Shown here piece after piece: positions 63,319 through 64,000 of a stretch of DNA of 64,000 bases. Both the position numbers and the translations under genes were made by a program. Origin of the DNA: an uncultured Verrucomicrobiota bacterium (lineage in GTDB: Bacteria > Verrucomicrobiota > Verrucomicrobiia > CAZIPW01); the NCBI GenBank assembly GCA_964541905.1, contig CAZIRU010000004.1:17588-81587 (forward strand), read 5' to 3'. The notes under the pieces were generated by a model. The model worked only from the letters and a program-made list of their open reading frames with translations. It was not told the origin of the DNA and ran no database searches. Position 1 is the stretch's first letter. Every line of letters starts with the position of its first letter.

Positions 63319-63744
63319 ATGAAAACAACTTTGGCTAAGAAAGGAAGTGTCTCGCAGGACTGGTATATCATTGACGCTTCCAAGGAAATTTTGGGACGCA
63401 TGGCGGTCAAGATCGCAACAATTTTGCGCGGCCGCAACAAGCCGCTCTACACCCCCAACGCGGATGCGGGCGATTTTGTGATTGTCATCAATGCCGATAA
63501 AGTGAAAGTGACCGGCAAGAAGGAGACCGACAAGGACTACATGTTCTTTGGGGGTTACGTTGGCCGCGAGCGCCATCAGAATCTCGCTTCTATGCGCGCG
63601 CGTCGTCCCGACTACATCATCAAGCACGCCGTCAAGGGAATGCTTCCGCAGAACCGTCTGGCCGATCGCCTTTTGACCAAGCTCAAGGTTTATCGCGGTG
63701 CCGAGCATCCTCATGCCGCCCAGAATCCCAAGCCCCTCAACTAA
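63319..63744 (+). CDS. rplM: 50S ribosomal protein L13
   Basis: DWYIIDASKEILGRMAVKIATILRGRNKPLYTPNADAGDFVIVINADKV is canonical L13. Confidence 0.95.
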   Translation: MKTTLAKKGSVSQDWYIIDASKEILGRMAVKIATILRGRNKPLYTPNADAGDFVIVINADKVKVTGKKETDKDYMFFGGYVGRERHQNLASMRARRPDYIIKHAVKGMLPQNRLADRLLTKLKVYRGAEHPHAAQNPKPLN

Positions 63745-63753
63745 ATTTTTAAA

Positions 63754-64000
63754 ATGACCGCTTCCAATACCATTGTCACCGTCGGCCGCCGCAAAACGGC
63801 CGTTGCTCGTGTCCGCCTTTCCCCCGGGACCGGCAAGATTGTCGTCAATCGCCGCGAGTTCGCGGAATATTTCAAGACGGATTCCCTCCAGCGTGCGGCG
63901 ATGGCACCGCTCTCGACGATCGAAGCCAAGGATCAATACGATTTTACAGTTCTCGTGAATGGCGGCGGCTCTTGCGGCCAAGCGGGAGCGATGGCTCTTG
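63754..64000 (+). CDS. rpsI: 30S ribosomal protein S9 (5' part; runs off the window)
   Basis: My translation from ATG 63754 gives MTASNTIVTVGRRKTAVARVRLSPGTGKIVVNRREFAEYF...NGGGSCGQAGAMAL. The frame is open to the window end. Confidence 0.9.
   Translation, partial: MTASNTIVTVGRRKTAVARVRLSPGTGKIVVNRREFAEYFKTDSLQRAAMAPLSTIEAKDQYDFTVLVNGGGSCGQAGAMAL

Noticed and set aside
1-64000. CRISPR arrays, tRNA or rRNA genes, IS elements, integrases, and toxin-antitoxin or restriction-type defence genes.
   Set aside because: I saw no direct-repeat/spacer arrays, cloverleaf-like sequences, transposase or recombinase motifs, or defence-type domains while reading the intergenic regions and ORF translations.

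Overview
This is a 64-kb chromosomal window of moderately high GC. Several features suggest a flagellated member of the PVC/Verrucomicrobiota group, but this is inference only. They are a PEP-CTERM protein with autotransporter-type beta-strand repeats, a small protein resembling a family I recall as restricted to Planctomycetes and Verrucomicrobia, a giant GspK-like pseudopilin, and almost no Shine-Dalgarno usage. Bases 1-16.7 kb carry housekeeping and envelope genes: fabH, BamD-like and LptE-like proteins, gatC/gatA/gatB interrupted by an S51 peptidase, a recO-like gene, ddl, ybeY and phoH, followed by cheB-cheR. Bases 16.8-46.8 kb hold one nearly complete, tightly packed flagellar regulon on the + strand. 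Its gene order is flgBC-fliEFGHIJ-motE-like-fliK-flgDE-fliLMNOPQR-flhBAF-fliA-motAB-flgFGAHIJ-flgN-like-flgKL-fliW-csrA-fliC. Bases 46.9-64 kb carry lipid and glycan genes (UPF0104, PAP2, GT2, HAD, GT4), thpR, a PAS/degenerate-DHp protein, a sigma-54 activator, dcd, a MATE pump, an AP2-like protein, an MCE pair, a beta-barrel OMP and rplM-rpsI. I found no rRNA, tRNA or CRISPR. The most notable observations are listed here. (1) Three homologous long-hairpin elements of 170-230 nt (9999-10218, 54158-54389, 58396-58566) share a conserved core, have copy-specific 17-18 bp closing stems and show compensatory changes; each has at least one arm touching a stop codon. They may be a new structured RNA or an interspersed palindromic element family. 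(2) Four strong and one weak sigma-54 (-24/-12) promoter matches lie in front of flagellar operons, only 12-22 nt from the start codons. (3) In the fliW-csrA-fliC module, the flagellin translation-initiation region, with two GGAAGGA motifs, lies inside a 3' extension of csrA. (4) A cluster of stable stem-loops lies between the PAS gene and the sigma-54 activator. (5) There is no flhG, flgM, fliD or fliS in the cluster. All functional calls come from reading the translations and motifs by eye; no database search was run.
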